Made by a program: the position numbers and the translations under genes. 64,000 bases of DNA, from the IMG/VR virus record IMGVR_UViG_3300045988_123611. One strand, given 5' to 3'. Below the pieces are notes generated by a model, which worked only from the letters and a program-made list of their open reading frames with translations, did not search any database and had not been told where the DNA came from. This stretch comes from a virus. Below, in pieces: positions 61,853 to 64,000 of this stretch (the first letter of the stretch is position 1; every line of letters starts with the position of its first letter).

Positions 61853-62577
61853 TGGATATTAGACTTGGTTTAATGACAGGTATTGATTTACCAATACCTG
61901 AATTAGAAGTCACTATTCATTAGCCATCTATAAAAGAAATTTCTTTTATAGGTGAAAAAGATCTTTTCTTGGGGATTTAGTGCTTATGTATTGATAAAAA
62001 CATAATAGAGAATTCGGGCGAAAGTCTTTTAAGAGAAACAAATAATTTTTAGATATTTATGACAATGATGAAAGAAAAAGAGATGGCCGATAAAAAACAA
62101 GCATCTATATAGGTTCTTACATTATTGTTTCCAAAGCAAAATGTTTTATTTACCCCGAGGTCAATTGTTTTACAAGGTGACTCACAAATAATGATTGACG
62201 AAAGCAATTTTAATATATTATAGGAATATATTAAAGAAATATTTTGTTTTAAATCTAATGCTTCGCAAGAAATGGGATTCAATCCTGGAAATGCGGCCGC
62301 GAAAAAGATAGCCGATAAATTAATGCGAGGTAGACAACGTGTCGCTGAATTAAACGGCACGGCTAATGCTAGTATATTTAGTTAGTATCTTTCAATGCTT
62401 ACTATAGGTCTTGATTCAATGTCTTTACAGGATTTAATGGATTTAACAATGTTCCAACTCTATGACCTTGTTGAAAGATATCAACTTTATATTAATTGGG
62501 ATATTGATATCCGGTCTAGATTAGCAGGCGCGAAGCCTGATAATAAGCCGGATAACTGGATGAAAAATATCCATTAA
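61852..62577 (+). CDS. hypothetical protein, six in-frame TAG (~241 aa). Candidate chaperone, since it sits before the abundant tail/virion gene.
   Basis: TAATG overlap start. Continuous frame. Confidence 0.4.
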
Positions 62578-62601
62578 ATTTTTTAAGGAGGAAAAAAACC
62601 T

Positions 62602-63585
62602 ATGAAATTTGGTGTACGCGAAATTTGCGATGTCGTTTTAAAGGCAAAGGCTAATCAAAAGATTGGTAATAAGCAATTTTATAAGAACGAGCCAGTTATT
62701 TATTTCGACACTTTAAAGACTTCCAGTATGGAAGGCGCTGCTACCACCGTATACGCACAGGGCGGTCGTGGTAATACTAACTTAGTCGCATGGGAAGGCG
62801 AGCGTACTGTTACCTTCACAATGGAAGATGCTCTTATTTCTCCTGAAGGTTTCATGATTCTTTCCGGTGCTGGTCTTGTTGAGGCTTCTGCTAACAATAA
62901 GATTAAGCAACATATTACTCAAACTGTTGATAAGACTAAAGACATTGTCCCTGCTAATACTGAAAAAGACATTAAAACTGATGGATTAATTATTCCTGTC
63001 TCTTATGCCCCTTATCTTGATAATGAACATAAAGATGACGATTATGTTTATGTTTTCTTCATGAAGGATGGCGAAATTATTTCTGAGCCTTATTTAGCAC
63101 ATGAAGGAGTTACCACTGGAGACACTGGTTTTAGTGTTACCGTAAAGGGATTTGCTCGTTCTACTGGAGCGGCTTATACTACTAACGATTTAGAGAATGA
63201 TTATGCTAAATGCGACTCTGTAATGATTGATTATTACACTGAGCGTGAATCTGGTGCTAAGCAGATTGAAATTACTGCTGATAAATTTGGTGGTAACTAT
63301 TATCTTGAAGCTTCTACTTTATTCCGTAATCAAGATGGTGTAGATATGCCTGCTGAATTTATTATTCCTAACTGTAAGATTCAGTCCAACTTTAACTTTA
63401 CAATGGCTTCTTCTGGTGATCCTTCCACTTTCACCTTTACTATGGATGCATTCCCTGACTATACTCGTTTCGATCATAGTAAGAAAGTTTTGGCTGCTAT
63501 TCAGATTATTGAAGAAGACGAAACTGTTGACAACGATATTCGTAGAAAGACCGCTGCTAATAGCACCACTGTTATTGGAGGCTAA
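62602..63585 (+). CDS. abundant virion protein (327 aa, no TAG). Candidate major tail/tube protein.
   Basis: AAGGAGGAAAAAAACCT-ATG. High-expression codon usage. Confidence 0.45.
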   Translation: MKFGVREICDVVLKAKANQKIGNKQFYKNEPVIYFDTLKTSSMEGAATTVYAQGGRGNTNLVAWEGERTVTFTMEDALISPEGFMILSGAGLVEASANNKIKQHITQTVDKTKDIVPANTEKDIKTDGLIIPVSYAPYLDNEHKDDDYVYVFFMKDGEIISEPYLAHEGVTTGDTGFSVTVKGFARSTGAAYTTNDLENDYAKCDSVMIDYYTERESGAKQIEITADKFGGNYYLEASTLFRNQDGVDMPAEFIIPNCKIQSNFNFTMASSGDPSTFTFTMDAFPDYTRFDHSKKVLAAIQIIEEDETVDNDIRRKTAANSTTVIGG

Positions 63586-63590
63586 TTAAT

Positions 63591-63773
63591 ATGGTTGTAA
63601 AAGGTCCAGTAAAATATACTCCACCAAAACAGCCTAAAAAAGAATCTACTAAAAAGCAGCCAAAAGTAGAAAAGGCTGTAAAGAAAGAGCCTATTAAACC
63701 TATTGAGGAAGTAATTCTTCAATAGGAAGATGAGGTAAGTAAGATTTTATCTGAATTAGATAAAAAAGATTAA
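63591..63773 (+). CDS. small Lys-rich protein, one in-frame TAG (~60 aa)
   Basis: ATG 5 nt after the previous stop. Confidence 0.35.
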
Positions 63774-63834
63774 TTAATGGGAGAGAATAGAAATATTCTC
63801 TCCCATTTTTTTGTTATGTGGAAAAGGAGAAAAT

Positions 63835-64000
63835 ATGGTTATTAAATCAGATGGAAATATTAAAAGTTCTTCTACTATTAATGAAACTGAAAAATAGATT
63901 ATTTAGGATATGACTACAGCAACTTAGTAGGATTGGGGATCTTTATTACAAAAATGGTCGATAGATATTTATAAATGGTTAAATAAAGCAAGAGCTTATG
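63835..64000 (+). CDS. partial gene with several TAGs, runs off window
   Basis: GGAAAAGGAGAAAAT-ATG. Confidence 0.3.

Noticed and set aside
4300-64000. Interpreting the TAG-interrupted genes as pseudogenes of a decaying prophage
   Set aside because: Dozens of genes, including terL, portal and capsid, are interrupted only by TAG, never by TAA or TGA. Frames are maintained across every TAG. One TAG falls on a conserved Gln. Systematic recoding is far more parsimonious.
1-64000. Bacteroidetes host, as for classical crAss-like phages
   Set aside because: The promoters are canonical TTGACA-N17-TATAAT with strong GGAGG-type RBSs. This is not the Bacteroidetes TTTG / TAnnTTTG type. An AbrB/SpoVT homolog is present. 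A low-GC Gram-positive host is more consistent, though this is inference only.

Overview
This window looks like an AT-rich phage (or prophage) genome segment in which TAG is not a stop codon. Many genes only form full-length ORFs if TAG is read as sense. This includes all the plus-strand late genes at 48.9-64 kb, the Gly-rich tail-fibre genes at 4.3-7.6 kb, three homing endonucleases, a Rep-like gene and a few others. About 100 small minus-strand genes (7.7-27.7 kb and 30.2-47.4 kb) have no in-frame TAG and look like an early or host-takeover block. The TAG in the GIY-YIG gene sits exactly at the conserved Gln of 'YIGQS', which argues for Gln. No tRNA with a CTA anticodon was found in this window.

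Layout, by my reading:
- 0.3-4.3 kb: a minus-strand tRNA array of about 10-13 tRNAs, interrupted by a GIY-YIG homing endonuclease and a triple tandem repeat.
- 4.3-7.6 kb: two paralogous Gly-rich tail-fibre-like genes plus one more late gene. All are minus strand and TAG-recoded.
- 7.7-27.7 kb: an AT-rich early block. Each gene has its own TTGACA-N17-TATAAT promoter with a conserved UTR. The block holds Cys-rich paralogs, an M42-like peptidase fused to zinc ribbons, a metallophosphoesterase and many small membrane or acidic proteins.
- 27.8-28.8 kb: an iteron-flanked winged-HTH Rep-like gene, which is a candidate replication origin.
- 30.2-47.4 kb: a more GC-rich minus-strand block of single-gene cassettes. 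It includes a DEDDh exonuclease, a HAD phosphatase, an AbrB/SpoVT-like regulator, two HNH endonucleases and a paralogous small wHTH-like family.
- Seven conserved plus-strand mini transcription units sit between those cassettes. Each has a palindromic TTGTC-N4-GACAA element, a sigma70-type promoter, a CCGGCCG...CGGCCGG hairpin, a conserved 'ATTTTATCACA' tract and a bidirectional terminator. This is a putative dispersed small-RNA family, and is the most interesting feature of the window.
- 48.9-64 kb: the late plus-strand module with terminase large subunit, a DUF559-like endonuclease, portal, scaffold, capsid and tail genes. Most contain several in-frame TAGs. The most abundant virion genes avoid TAG.

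The host is probably a low-GC Gram-positive bacterium. The evidence is the sigma-A-type promoters, strong Shine-Dalgarno sites, a lipobox lipoprotein and an AbrB/SpoVT homolog. All coordinates are from manual reading and may be off by 1-3 nt. Product calls rest on recognisable motifs only.
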